Positions 38,119 to 47,059 of a stretch of DNA of 64,000 bases are shown here, piece after piece. Position 1 is the first letter of the stretch. Every line of letters begins with the position of its first letter. The notes below the pieces were generated by a model that made no database searches, was not told the origin of the DNA, and saw only the letters and a program-made list of their open reading frames with translations. The DNA is from an uncultured Ignavibacteria bacterium. Its GTDB lineage: Bacteria > Zixibacteria > MSB-5A5 > DSPP01. The stretch lies in assembly GCA_964607165.1 (NCBI GenBank), contig CAZSIT010000006.1, positions 11,870 through 75,869 of the forward strand, given 5' to 3'. Both the position numbers and the translations under genes were made by a program.

Positions 38119-40017
38119 ATGAAAAATGTTCTAAGGTTTATTCTTATTTTACATCTAATCGCCGCAACAACCGTTCTTGCCCACGATGGCAAAGACCATC
38201 CCAAACTGGTTGTTGTTGCCAACAACTTGAACTTTTGTACACACGCCATCGTAGGTGGTCAGACGCCCGCGCCGGGACCAAAGATTTTGAGGGTTCGCGG
38301 CGCCAACAACGAAGATTTGGATGAAGAAAAACCGGCGACCTTGCTCTGGAAAGCCACAGCGTCAGAAGGTTGGATAAAAATTAGCCCTGACTCCGGTTTG
38401 ACCCCTTCGGAAGCCACGGTTTGGGTTGACCCGGCGGGGTTGGAATTGGGCGAACACGATGGAGAAATTCGTTTCGATACCCCTGGACAACTAAAACCGC
38501 GTTTCGTCCAAGTAAAATTCAGGATACACGCGCCGCTGCCTGGTTTAGTTCTCGAACCGAACGAGATTCACTTTTTCGGAACCGCCTTTTCCAATCAAAT
38601 CCTAACCGACAGCGTTCGGGTAACGGCTTCCGGAAACACCGAAGTCGAATTTGAAGTTTCTAACTCCCAGCGTTGGCTTGCTGTAATTCCTAATGAAGGT
38701 GAAATTCCTGCTGTTGTTAAGCTTAAAGCCTTCGTCGATTCCCTAATTCCTGGAACATACTACGATACCGTAATCTTTCGCGCCGCCAGCGGAGAAAATG
38801 CCCAAGAACCAGATAACCACGGCTGCGGCAAAGACGATGAGCTTTCGGCCCTGCTGCCGGTCACACTTTCTATTACATCAAACGGGCCGGGAGCTTTGGA
38901 GGTTGTTCCCAGACAGCTCGGCTTTGCCGCCACCTTTGGGGGCCCGAACCCCCAGTCGCAACAGCTGTTCATTTCCGTGCGTGAATCATTGCAGGCGCCC
39001 TGGGAAGCCCATCATAACCAAAGCTGGCTTTCTTTAGACCCCGCTTCCGGCACGGCAACCGGCGATCCCTCGGAAATTACGGTGGATGTTGCGGTGGACA
39101 GCCTTCCGCCCGGCCCCTACGTCGATTCAATATTTTTCATCTCTCCAAATGCCGGCATCGACGGCGCTCTGGTAATAGTTTTCCTGCAAATATTCCCTTC
39201 TTCGGGACTATCCGACAGCGTCGCCATAGCCGATTTGACCATTCCCCTTACAAGTCCCATAACCAAATTTTCCGTTCCGATTTTCGCATCAAACACTCAA
39301 GCCGTCCGTTCTATCATCCTTCCGCTGCGTTTCGAAGACGGGCAAACGGTTTTGGACTCGGTAACCTTTTTGGGCGGGCGGGCGGAATTCGCCGATTTGA
39401 AGTTCTTTCTGCGTTTAGCCGACCCCAAAGAGTTTCTATTGCTTATCGGTTTTATCGCAACGCCGGCTCTGCCCCCCGGTTCAGGCACCATCGGCTGGCT
39501 GCACTTCACCACCACCGGATTTCCACCGCAAGGAATCGATACGTTGATTATTGACTCCACCAGCGTCTCCAATCCGATTTCATCCTCAATGGGAAATGTG
39601 ACCTTGCAGCAAAGTCTTTCGATCTCTTACATTGTCACTATCGGGGGCAATCTTTTCATTCTAAATCCGGCTTTCAAGAAGGGAACCGTAATTCTCGCCG
39701 TCCCTTCGGCGGCCGAAGACCGGGACGGCAACCGGCCCAAAAAATTCAGCCTGGCGCAAAATTATCCCAACCCGTTCAATCCGCAAACCTCGATCGCCTA
39801 CACTTTGCCCAAAGCGGCCACCGTTCGGCTTGATGTTTTTGATATCTTGGGACGAGCAGTTACGACCCTATTGGACAAGGAACAGTCCGCTGGCACCTAC
39901 AACGTTATTTGGGATGGGCGCGACCGAGAAGGCAACGTGGTTTCCACTGGAATCTATTTCTACCGGTTCAAAACCGACGAATATTCGGAAACCAAAAAAA
40001 TGCTCTTCGTGAAGTAA
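38119..40017 (+). CDS. Secreted protein of unknown function with T9SS C-terminal sorting domain
   Basis: GGAG RBS and ATG at 38119 (MKNVLRFILILHLIAATTVLA is a signal peptide). C-terminus FSLAQNYPNPFNPQTSIAYTL...GIYFYRFKTDEYSETKKMLFVK. Confidence 0.7.
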   Translation: MKNVLRFILILHLIAATTVLAHDGKDHPKLVVVANNLNFCTHAIVGGQTPAPGPKILRVRGANNEDLDEEKPATLLWKATASEGWIKISPDSGLTPSEATVWVDPAGLELGEHDGEIRFDTPGQLKPRFVQVKFRIHAPLPGLVLEPNEIHFFGTAFSNQILTDSVRVTASGNTEVEFEVSNSQRWLAVIPNEGEIPAVVKLKAFVDSLIPGTYYDTVIFRAASGENAQEPDNHGCGKDDELSALLPVTLSITSNGPGALEVVPRQLGFAATFGGPNPQSQQLFISVRESLQAPWEAHHNQSWLSLDPASGTATGDPSEITVDVAVDSLPPGPYVDSIFFISPNAGIDGALVIVFLQIFPSSGLSDSVAIADLTIPLTSPITKFSVPIFASNTQAVRSIILPLRFEDGQTVLDSVTFLGGRAEFADLKFFLRLADPKEFLLLIGFIATPALPPGSGTIGWLHFTTTGFPPQGIDTLIIDSTSVSNPISSSMGNVTLQQSLSISYIVTIGGNLFILNPAFKKGTVILAVPSAAEDRDGNRPKKFSLAQNYPNPFNPQTSIAYTLPKAATVRLDVFDILGRAVTTLLDKEQSAGTYNVIWDGRDREGNVVSTGIYFYRFKTDEYSETKKMLFVK

Positions 40018-40032
40018 TCTCGAGTAAAGGCA

Positions 40033-40079
40033 AAACCGCCTAAACCGGCTCCCCTCCGGCCGGCCTTAGGCGGTTTTTT
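40033..40079. terminator. Bidirectional rho-independent terminator
   Basis: aaaccgcctaa...ttaggcggtttttt between convergent genes. Confidence 0.7.
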
Positions 40080-40590
40080 GTTTGGAGAAAATCTGGCGGG
40101 ACAACAGCTCGCGCAGCTTTTCGTCAAAAATCCCGGCGCCGGCAGGTAAAAAGCCGTCCGGCAAATCCGACTGCAAATGCTGCATCATCTCGCGGGTCAA
40201 AAACTCAATTCCAACCAAGCATTTCCCATCCCCGCAGTTTTCCGAACGCTTCACCCGCCCCGCCACGTTTTCCAGATGACAATTTTCAAATAGGCCGATT
40301 TTCAAAAGCATATAATCGGAGGGCTCCACCCAGGTATCGGTCTCTAATAGAATCCCGCCTCCGGAGAGGTTCAAAATCTTGCCCGTCCAGGCGCCCTCCG
40401 CCGGGGCGCCCAAAGGCCGGGTCAGGGGGAGCCGAAAGGGAACAAACGTTACCGGTGAAGAAATTTCGATGCGCACGAACCGCCGCGGGTGGCGCGCGGC
40501 AGGCGCCTGCCGGCGTACTTTTGTCGGGCTTGCCATGGCCACTTTTTTTTGCGTTTTCCTATGCTCTTTCTTTTCGATAGCTTTCCGCAT
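40066..40590 (-). CDS. PilZ-domain c-di-GMP-binding protein
   Basis: RHPRRFVR (RxxxR) and ILNLSGGGILL (D/NxSxGG) motifs. Immediately downstream of fliA. Confidence 0.65.
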   Translation of the reverse strand: MRKAIEKKEHRKTQKKVAMASPTKVRRQAPAARHPRRFVRIEISSPVTFVPFRLPLTRPLGAPAEGAWTGKILNLSGGGILLETDTWVEPSDYMLLKIGLFENCHLENVAGRVKRSENCGDGKCLVGIEFLTREMMQHLQSDLPDGFLPAGAGIFDEKLRELLSRQIFSKQKTA

Positions 40591-40608
40591 TCTTCCTCCT
40601 ATTGCCGG

Positions 40609-41370
40609 CTACTCGTGGGCAAACTTATCTTCAATCATCCCGCGCAGTTTCAAAACCGACTTGGTGTGAATCTGCGAAACGCGCGATTCTGAAATTTTCA
40701 TCACTTCGCCGATTTCCTTTAGCGTCAATTCTTCGTAGTAATACAGGGCGACCACTAACTTCTCCTGCTCCGAAAGCCGGGTTATGGAATTGGTCAGAAA
40801 AGCTTTTAATTCATCCTTTTCCAAATCTCCCAGAATATTATCTTTGGTCGAGGCCCCGACCGTTTCCACCCGCGGCACCTGCCGGTTGTCCTCTTCGCGA
40901 TACACCAGCTCGTCCAAAGACAAAATCGTGGTGCCGGAAACATCGTCCAAATCCCAGAGCAGGTCTTTGACCGAAATCCTAAGCGCCTTGGCCAGTTCGG
41001 TATCATTGGGTATGCGCCCCAATTTGTTTTCTAACTTGGCGACGGTGCGCTCGATGGCCCGCGACTTGGCGCGCGTGGAACGCGGCACCCAGTCCAGGGC
41101 GCGCAGTTCGTCCAAAATGGCTCCGCGGATGCGCGGCACGGCGTAGGTCTCGAACTTTACCCCCCTTTTCGGGTCAAAATTTTTCAAAGCTTCTATTAAA
41201 CCTATCACGCCGGTAGAGACCAGATCGTCCAGTTCCACCGAACGCGGAAACCCAATCGCCATTCGCCCCGCCACGCCTTTTACCAGCGGCAGATACTGCA
41301 CCAAAAGCTCTTCCCGCGCTTTCGGGTCATTAGTCTTCCGATAACTCTGCCACGATTTTTCTACGTTCAT
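40609..41370 (-). CDS. fliA: RNA polymerase sigma factor FliA/WhiG (sigma-28) family
   Basis: Sigma-70 regions 2/3/4. YLPLVKGVAGRM...ETYAVPRIRGAILDELR. C-terminal HTH LTLKEIGEVMKISESRVSQIHTKSV. Confidence 0.7.
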   Translation of the reverse strand: MNVEKSWQSYRKTNDPKAREELLVQYLPLVKGVAGRMAIGFPRSVELDDLVSTGVIGLIEALKNFDPKRGVKFETYAVPRIRGAILDELRALDWVPRSTRAKSRAIERTVAKLENKLGRIPNDTELAKALRISVKDLLWDLDDVSGTTILSLDELVYREEDNRQVPRVETVGASTKDNILGDLEKDELKAFLTNSITRLSEQEKLVVALYYYEELTLKEIGEVMKISESRVSQIHTKSVLKLRGMIEDKFAHE

Positions 41371-41915
41371 TTCCCCTTCCTTTTGCTTTTCAAATGAACC
41401 GGACTGCTTTTCTTCCTATCGCTTCGACGAACTCGAATGCTCTTTGCCACCGTCTCGGTTGACGGAATTTGATTTGGCTGCACAATCTCACCCACCATCA
41501 CCAAAGCCGAGACCATTCCCTGCCGAGCCGCTGCGAAAAGCTCATTCGGGCAATCTTTCCAGAGAACCGCCCCTTGAACTTTGGTTACGGTCGGTTTCGG
41601 CTTTTCTTTTTTGGAGGCAACGCCGGTTTTTCTTGCCGGCGTTTTCAAGCTTTCTTTGGTAGTGGTGGGAAACTCAAACTTTTTGTAACCGCCATTGCCC
41701 GAATTGCCGGAAGGCGGAATGAAATCTTGGCGCACAAAACGGTTTTTCTTGGCATTTAGTGCGTGGCGAAGAATCTTTCTCTCCGCCTGCTCATTCTGCA
41801 CAACTCGAAAAATCCCGCTCCCACTGTCATTCTGAACGAAGTGAAGAATCTGGGCTTGGGCGGGGTCTTCTTGTTTTATCCTTAAAGAAAGCCTTCCACT
41901 TGGGGCAAAAGCCAT
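41367..41915 (-). CDS. Hypothetical protein, translationally coupled to fliA; start uncertain
   Basis: 4-nt overlap with fliA. The ORF extends to 42059, but its first 48 codons are encoded by an interspersed repeat element. An internal Met is at 41915. Confidence 0.35.
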   Translation of the reverse strand: MAFAPSGRLSLRIKQEDPAQAQILHFVQNDSGSGIFRVVQNEQAERKILRHALNAKKNRFVRQDFIPPSGNSGNGGYKKFEFPTTTKESLKTPARKTGVASKKEKPKPTVTKVQGAVLWKDCPNELFAAARQGMVSALVMVGEIVQPNQIPSTETVAKSIRVRRSDRKKSSPVHLKSKRKGK

Positions 41916-41940
41916 CTTTTCTGTCTGCTTGTGGTGAGCG

Positions 41941-42014
41941 GACTTGTCCCGACTTGTTCCGCTTGCGTTGAGCGCAGCGTGAACGAGCGCAGCCGAGGAA
42001 GCGTAGTCGAGGGA
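41941..42014. repeat. Copy of the interspersed CGAGCG...GTAGTCGAGGGA repeat family
   Basis: cttgtcccgac...cgagcgcagccgaggaagcgtagtcgaggga. Related copies at 45318-45340 (inverted), 45524-45560, 56516-56560, 57307-57378 and 58218-58241. Confidence 0.8.
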
Positions 42015-42369
42015 GTCGAACCGCCAAACTCCTATTTTGACCGGCATCTTTTCAATCACGGGGCTTAGTTAATCAAACCCCGTGCCCTTATGCCTGAATT
42101 TGGCAACTATCTAACCCTTTGATTTCTAAGGGGTTACAAACTCGACTTTAGGGTCAGCCGTGTATGTCGGAAAACTTTTCCAAAAAGGGGCGGAAAAAAG
42201 GGGCTTTTTCACAAGCAAGTATGGGAGTTACCCTATAGCAAAAAACAAGATTTTTGCATTTTGAAATCAGTTGAAAAAATGCATAAACAGAATCTTTGTT
42301 TCCCTGTTGCAAGCTAAACAAAAAATTGTGGGTTGATTTTTGAAGGTAAAAGGACGAGATTTTCTGTCG

Positions 42370-45303
42370 ATGGCTCCCAAAGAAGTTCTCGAATTAGTCG
42401 AACAATTCGAGCGGAATATTGATTCCTATCGAAACCCGGCCTACAACGAAGCCCAGGTCCGTCAGGAATTCATAAACCCGTTATTTGAAGCGCTCGGTTG
42501 GGATATGGCCAACCGGCAGGGGTATGCCGAGGCGTACAAGGAAGTCATCCACGAAGCGGCGGTAAAAGTCGGAGCGGCAACCAAAGCCCCGGATTACGCC
42601 TTCCGCATCGGCGGAACCAAAAAATTCTTTTTGGAAGCCAAAAAGCCGGGGGTGGACCTAAAGAACAATTCCGAACCGGCCTATCAGCTTCGGCGCTACG
42701 CCTGGAGTGCCAGACTGCCGCTTTCCATTCTGACCGACTTCGAGGAATTCGCCGTCTATGATTGCCGGATAAAACCCTCTCCCAAAGACAAGGCCAGTGC
42801 GGGGCGGACTCTTTACTTAACCTATCGCGAATACGAATCCCGGTGGGCGGAGATTGCCGGGATTTTTGACAAACAGTCCATCCAGCAAGGTTCTTTTGAC
42901 CGCTATGCCGAAGGGGCCAAAGGGAAGCGGGGCACTTCGCCGGTGGACGACGCTTTCCTGAAAGAGATTGAGGACTGGCGTTCCGAACTGGCCCACAACA
43001 TCGCCCGGCGCAATCCCCGGCTGAAAGTGCGCGACCTGAACTTTGCCGTTCAGCGCACCATCGACCGCATCATCTTTTTGCGGATGTGCGAAGACCGGGG
43101 CATCGAATCCTACGGCCAGTTGCAGAGTTTGTTGAATGGAGTGAATGTCTATTCCCGACTCAGGCAAATCTATGATTTGGCGGACGACAAATACAATTCC
43201 GGGCTCTTTCATTTTCAGCCTGAAAAAGACCGTGCCGAACAACCAGATGAGCTAACACCAAAACTCAAAATAGATGACAAGGTTCTGAAAGACATTATCA
43301 GCCGCCTGTATTACCCCGAAAGCCCCTACGAATTCTCGGTTTTGAGCGGCGACATTCTGGGCAACGTCTATGAACAGTTTTTGGGCAAGGTCATTCACCT
43401 CACCAAAACCCATCAAGCCCGTATTGAAGAAAAGCCGGAGGTCAAAAAGGCGGGCGGGGTTTATTATACGCCCAAATACATTGTGGATTACATCGTCAAA
43501 AACACGGTCGGCAAGTTGTGCGAGAATAAAACTCCAAAGCAGATCGAAAAACTGAAAATCTTGGACCCGGCCTGCGGCTCCGGCTCGTTTTTAATCGGCG
43601 CTTACAGCTATCTTTTGGACTATCACCGTGAATGGTATGAAAAAAAACGTGGTGGAACGACCCCCTCCGACCCTTCGGGTCTCGTCCCCCTTCGTAAGGG
43701 GGACAGAAATGAGATTTTTCAGGGTTCGGGCGGGGAGTGGTATTTGACCACGCAAAAGAAAAAGGAAATCCTTTTGAACAACATCTACGGGGTGGACATC
43801 GACAGCCAGGCGGTGGAGGTAACCAAGCTGAATCTTTTGCTTAAAGTTTTGGAAAATGAAACGAAGGATACGCTGGAAAGCCAGATGAAGCTCTGGCGGC
43901 ACCGGGCTTTGCCGGATTTGGGGAACAACATCAAATGCGGGAATTCGCTGATTGGGCCGGATTATTATCACGGGAAACAGTTGAGTTTGTTGGATGAAGA
44001 GGAACAGCTAAAGGTCAACCCTTTTGATTGGAAAGCAGAGTTTTCCGAGACCATTAAATCAGGCGGATTTGATGCGGTTATTGGGAATCCGCCGTATACA
44101 CTCATAGGATCGGACCAACCTGATCAACAAGCCTATTTGAGGGTAGGGTTTAAACTAAGTGCGTATAAGATTAACACGTACCTGCTGTTCCTAGAACGAG
44201 GTTTAAGCCTCCTTGGTAAAGATGGAGCCATTCTCGGATACATCATCCCGAAATCACTGGTGTTTAATACATACTTTGAAGGCACTAGACGGAGCTTACT
44301 TTCGGATTTTGCTATTCCGGAAATTATTGAAATCCGAGACAAGGTTTTTGAAAACGCTGAAGTGGGAGATAGTATTCTATTCTTTGCTCAGTGTCACAGG
44401 GCTCCTCAGACGAATACGTTAGTTTACTCCAAGGTTCGAAACATTTATCCAGTATTTGAATTGCTTGAGAAATACCGCTCTCCACAAAAAAAATTGCTCT
44501 CTCAGAGTCATCCTTCGTTCTTTTTCAGCAGCTTTGCGATCAATGTTCCGACGAAGGAATTAGACCAACTAGCTGATGTTTCGAATGGCCTTAATCCAGG
44601 CAACGTCCGACAAATTCTTTTCAGTAAGAGAAAAGCAAGTTCGAAACATCAACGACTTCTTCTCGGTCGGGACATACAGCATTACATCCTTCACTGGTCT
44701 GGCACTTGGGTCAATTATGATCCTGCCCTGAAGAATCGACTAAAGCTCGCTGATACGAAATCAAAGAGGGGAATGACGGCACAAAAACGTGTAGATTTTG
44801 CATTACGCGATCCTGAGATTTACGCTAAAAACAAGATAATGATAAGGAAAACTGCAGATCATATCGTTGCCTCACTCGACACGATGGGATTCTACTTCGA
44901 TTCTCTCTCCTATGGGGTACAAGTGCTTGAAAGTTGTGCCCTGTCCCCAAAATATTTGCTTGGCTTGCTCAATTCTCAGTTATTGAATTACATCCATGGC
45001 TCTTTCTCCATGAATAAGGAGAAGGTCTTTGCGAAGGTCCTGGCGGAAAATCTCAAACGGCTACCTATCCGGATCATAAACTTCTCGGATCCCACGGACA
45101 AACTCCGCCACGACCGCATGGTGCAATTTGTCGAGCAAATGCTAACGCTCCACAAGCAATTGGCGGTTGCAAAAACTCCCGATGACAAAACCCGCCTGCA
45201 GCGGCACATCGACGCCGCCGACCGGCAGATTGACCAGTTGGTGTATGAGCTGTATGGGCTGACGGAGGAGGAGATTGCGGTGGTGGAGGGGAAAGCAACC
45301 TAA
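42370..45303 (+). CDS. Type IIG restriction-modification enzyme (fused PD-ExK endonuclease, gamma-class N6-adenine methyltransferase, target-recognition domain; MmeI-like)
   Basis: The N-terminus APDYAFRIGGTKKFFLEAKKP is a PD-(D/E)xK motif. Methyltransferase motif I is LDPACGSGSFL and motif IV is IGNPPY. The roughly 350-aa C-terminal region is TRD-like. About 978 aa from the ATG at 42370. Confidence 0.75.
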   Translation: MAPKEVLELVEQFERNIDSYRNPAYNEAQVRQEFINPLFEALGWDMANRQGYAEAYKEVIHEAAVKVGAATKAPDYAFRIGGTKKFFLEAKKPGVDLKNNSEPAYQLRRYAWSARLPLSILTDFEEFAVYDCRIKPSPKDKASAGRTLYLTYREYESRWAEIAGIFDKQSIQQGSFDRYAEGAKGKRGTSPVDDAFLKEIEDWRSELAHNIARRNPRLKVRDLNFAVQRTIDRIIFLRMCEDRGIESYGQLQSLLNGVNVYSRLRQIYDLADDKYNSGLFHFQPEKDRAEQPDELTPKLKIDDKVLKDIISRLYYPESPYEFSVLSGDILGNVYEQFLGKVIHLTKTHQARIEEKPEVKKAGGVYYTPKYIVDYIVKNTVGKLCENKTPKQIEKLKILDPACGSGSFLIGAYSYLLDYHREWYEKKRGGTTPSDPSGLVPLRKGDRNEIFQGSGGEWYLTTQKKKEILLNNIYGVDIDSQAVEVTKLNLLLKVLENETKDTLESQMKLWRHRALPDLGNNIKCGNSLIGPDYYHGKQLSLLDEEEQLKVNPFDWKAEFSETIKSGGFDAVIGNPPYTLIGSDQPDQQAYLRVGFKLSAYKINTYLLFLERGLSLLGKDGAILGYIIPKSLVFNTYFEGTRRSLLSDFAIPEIIEIRDKVFENAEVGDSILFFAQCHRAPQTNTLVYSKVRNIYPVFELLEKYRSPQKKLLSQSHPSFFFSSFAINVPTKELDQLADVSNGLNPGNVRQILFSKRKASSKHQRLLLGRDIQHYILHWSGTWVNYDPALKNRLKLADTKSKRGMTAQKRVDFALRDPEIYAKNKIMIRKTADHIVASLDTMGFYFDSLSYGVQVLESCALSPKYLLGLLNSQLLNYIHGSFSMNKEKVFAKVLAENLKRLPIRIINFSDPTDKLRHDRMVQFVEQMLTLHKQLAVAKTPDDKTRLQRHIDAADRQIDQLVYELYGLTEEEIAVVEGKAT

Positions 45304-45665
45304 CCCCCTGCCCCTTCCCCTCGACTACGCTCGGGACAAGCCCGATGCGGGAAGGGGTGTCGGGCACGCGGCAGTGTGCCCCTACAAAATCACCCCCTGT
45401 ATGTCCCCCCCATACGGGTTAGATTCAACTTAAATACAGGGGGACAAAATATCCGTTTTGTTTTTTCTGCCCCCCCTCTTTGATTTCTTTGTCCCCCTTT
45501 TTTCAAGGGGGACGAGGCTCGACCTGTCCCGAGCGAAGCCGAGGAAGCGTAGTCGAGGGAAGAGCCGGAGGGGGTGGCACTTTTTTCTGCCCCCCTCCTT
45601 GATTTCTCTGTCCCCCTTTCTTCAAGGGGGACGAGGCTCAAAGAGCCGGAGGGGGTAGTTTTTTC
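45304..45665. repeat. Repeat-rich noncoding island: inverted CGAGCG-family copy, 120-nt tandem duplication (45461-45640), GTCCCCCT...AGGGGGAC hairpins
   Basis: The unit ttttttctgcccccctc(t/c)ttgatttct(t/c)tgtccccctttNttcaagggggacgaggctc is present twice. ORFs 45390..45641 and 45458..45658 are artifacts. Confidence 0.8.
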
Positions 45666-46544
45666 CTACCGCCTCTCCCCCAACTTAAAAACTTTTAGTT
45701 GAGCAGATATCGAGCCGATTAAAACCCGGCTTTTCATTAAGATGGGAACCCGCAGCCGGTCATCGGTCAGCCAGACTTTGATTTTTCCCTGATGCTCAAA
45801 AATGCCGGAGGTTTTCAAAAGCGGCTCGACTACGATGGTGCGAAAAGTGCCCGCCGGCACCGTTATCCTTTCTTTTTTAACCACCTTGACTTCGAGCGAA
45901 TATTTCTTTCCATCCGAAAAAGTCTCCATAAAAATCGATTTTCCCACTTCCAGCCGAATCGTGCGCACGTAGTAAAGAGAACTTAAAGCATCTTGCACAA
46001 AATCGGCGGCATCGAGCGTATCCTTGGGAGTATAGATTTTATGCTTGACCTGGTCAAAATCCGCCAGCTTGAACGAAAGATACCCCCCCTCGTGCACGTT
46101 TTTTTGAAAATGCCAGGGAAAAAGCCCGTTGGCGTCCAAGATGGAATAGTTGTAATCCTCCACGTAGTACAACTTGGCCAAGGCGGAATACGATTTCGCC
46201 GTTGAAACCAGCTCGTAGGATTTATGCCCCTTATAATTCACCTTGCGGCGGACTTCCAGGGTGGCCGTGCCGGCTTTGATGAAACCGTAGCCGACTTCGT
46301 ATTCCAGATATTCTCCCGGCCCGAAAGCTTCGTTGGGCAAAACCCGCAGAGGGAGAAGGTAATTGGTGTCCAACAAAATTCCGGCCGTATCCGCCGGTGG
46401 AGAGATTCGGGTGGTATCCGTCGCCGTTACTTCCGCTCCAGCCCGGAAGGTCAGTGCGGCAATTAAAAGCCCTGCCCCAACCAAATGTAGGGGCGAGGCG
46501 TGCCTCGCCCAGGGCGGGGAAACCCCGCCCCTACCAATCGTCAA
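45666..46544 (-). CDS. Secreted DUF3108-like protein
   Basis: Signal peptide LHLVGAGLLIAALTFRAGA. About 250-aa all-beta region. Non-ATG (TTG) start, so the exact start is uncertain. Confidence 0.45.
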   Translation of the reverse strand: MTIGRGGVSPPWARHASPLHLVGAGLLIAALTFRAGAEVTATDTTRISPPADTAGILLDTNYLLPLRVLPNEAFGPGEYLEYEVGYGFIKAGTATLEVRRKVNYKGHKSYELVSTAKSYSALAKLYYVEDYNYSILDANGLFPWHFQKNVHEGGYLSFKLADFDQVKHKIYTPKDTLDAADFVQDALSSLYYVRTIRLEVGKSIFMETFSDGKKYSLEVKVVKKERITVPAGTFRTIVVEPLLKTSGIFEHQGKIKVWLTDDRLRVPILMKSRVLIGSISAQLKVFKLGERR

Positions 46545-46567
46545 TCTTCAATCCTCAATCGTCAATG
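46535..46567. repeat. CAATCGTCAAT direct-repeat motif (2 copies, 17-nt spacing) next to a GGGGCGAGG...CCTCGCCC / GGGCGGGG...CCCCGCCCCTAC hairpin
   Basis: ccaatcgtcaatcttcaatcctcaatcgtcaatgg. Homologous motifs at 51039-51075 and 58455-58491. Confidence 0.8.
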
Positions 46568-46570
46568 GTT

Positions 46571-47059
46571 TCACCGCTTTCCTGCCCGTTGCAAAATTGA
46601 AGAAAAAACCCGCCGCAGCGACTCTTCGATTTCAAAAAAAGAGCGCTGATAATCGGCCGGCCCCCCGCCAATTGGATCGCGCACGGAAAAAGAGGGGTCG
46701 GTCTTCACCGGCTCCGGAAAGCTTTTCAAGAGGAAGGTTTTGTTTCCGGCCGATGAATCGTGCAATAAAATCTCTTCCCGATGTTCCGGCGTCATTGTCA
46801 AAATCAAATCCGCTTTTTCGACCAACTCATCGGTCACCGACCGAGCGCGATGGCCGGAAAGGTCAATTCCCCATTCTGTCGAAGTTTTAACCGCCAGTTC
46901 CGTGGCGGGCATCCCCTCCAAGGCCGCCGTGCCGGCGGAGTCGACGTTGATGTCTGAAATTCCTCCCTCCGCCAGCATTTTATTCAAAATACCCGCTGCC
47001 ATCGGGCTGCGGCAGGTATTTCCCGTGCAGACCAAAAGAATGCTGAAATTTTTATCCAT
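46571..47059 (-). CDS. Low-molecular-weight protein-tyrosine phosphatase
   Basis: LLVCTGNTCRSPMAAG is the CX5R P-loop. DPIGG is the catalytic Asp loop. Confidence 0.85.
   Translation of the reverse strand: MDKNFSILLVCTGNTCRSPMAAGILNKMLAEGGISDINVDSAGTAALEGMPATELAVKTSTEWGIDLSGHRARSVTDELVEKADLILTMTPEHREEILLHDSSAGNKTFLLKSFPEPVKTDPSFSVRDPIGGGPADYQRSFFEIEESLRRVFSSILQRAGKR

Noticed and set aside
45390-45658. ORFs 45390..45641 (-) and 45458..45658 (+) in the repeat island
   Set aside because: Their translations are read-through of the CGAGCG repeat (SLDYASSASL) and the tandem 120-nt duplication. No coding signal.
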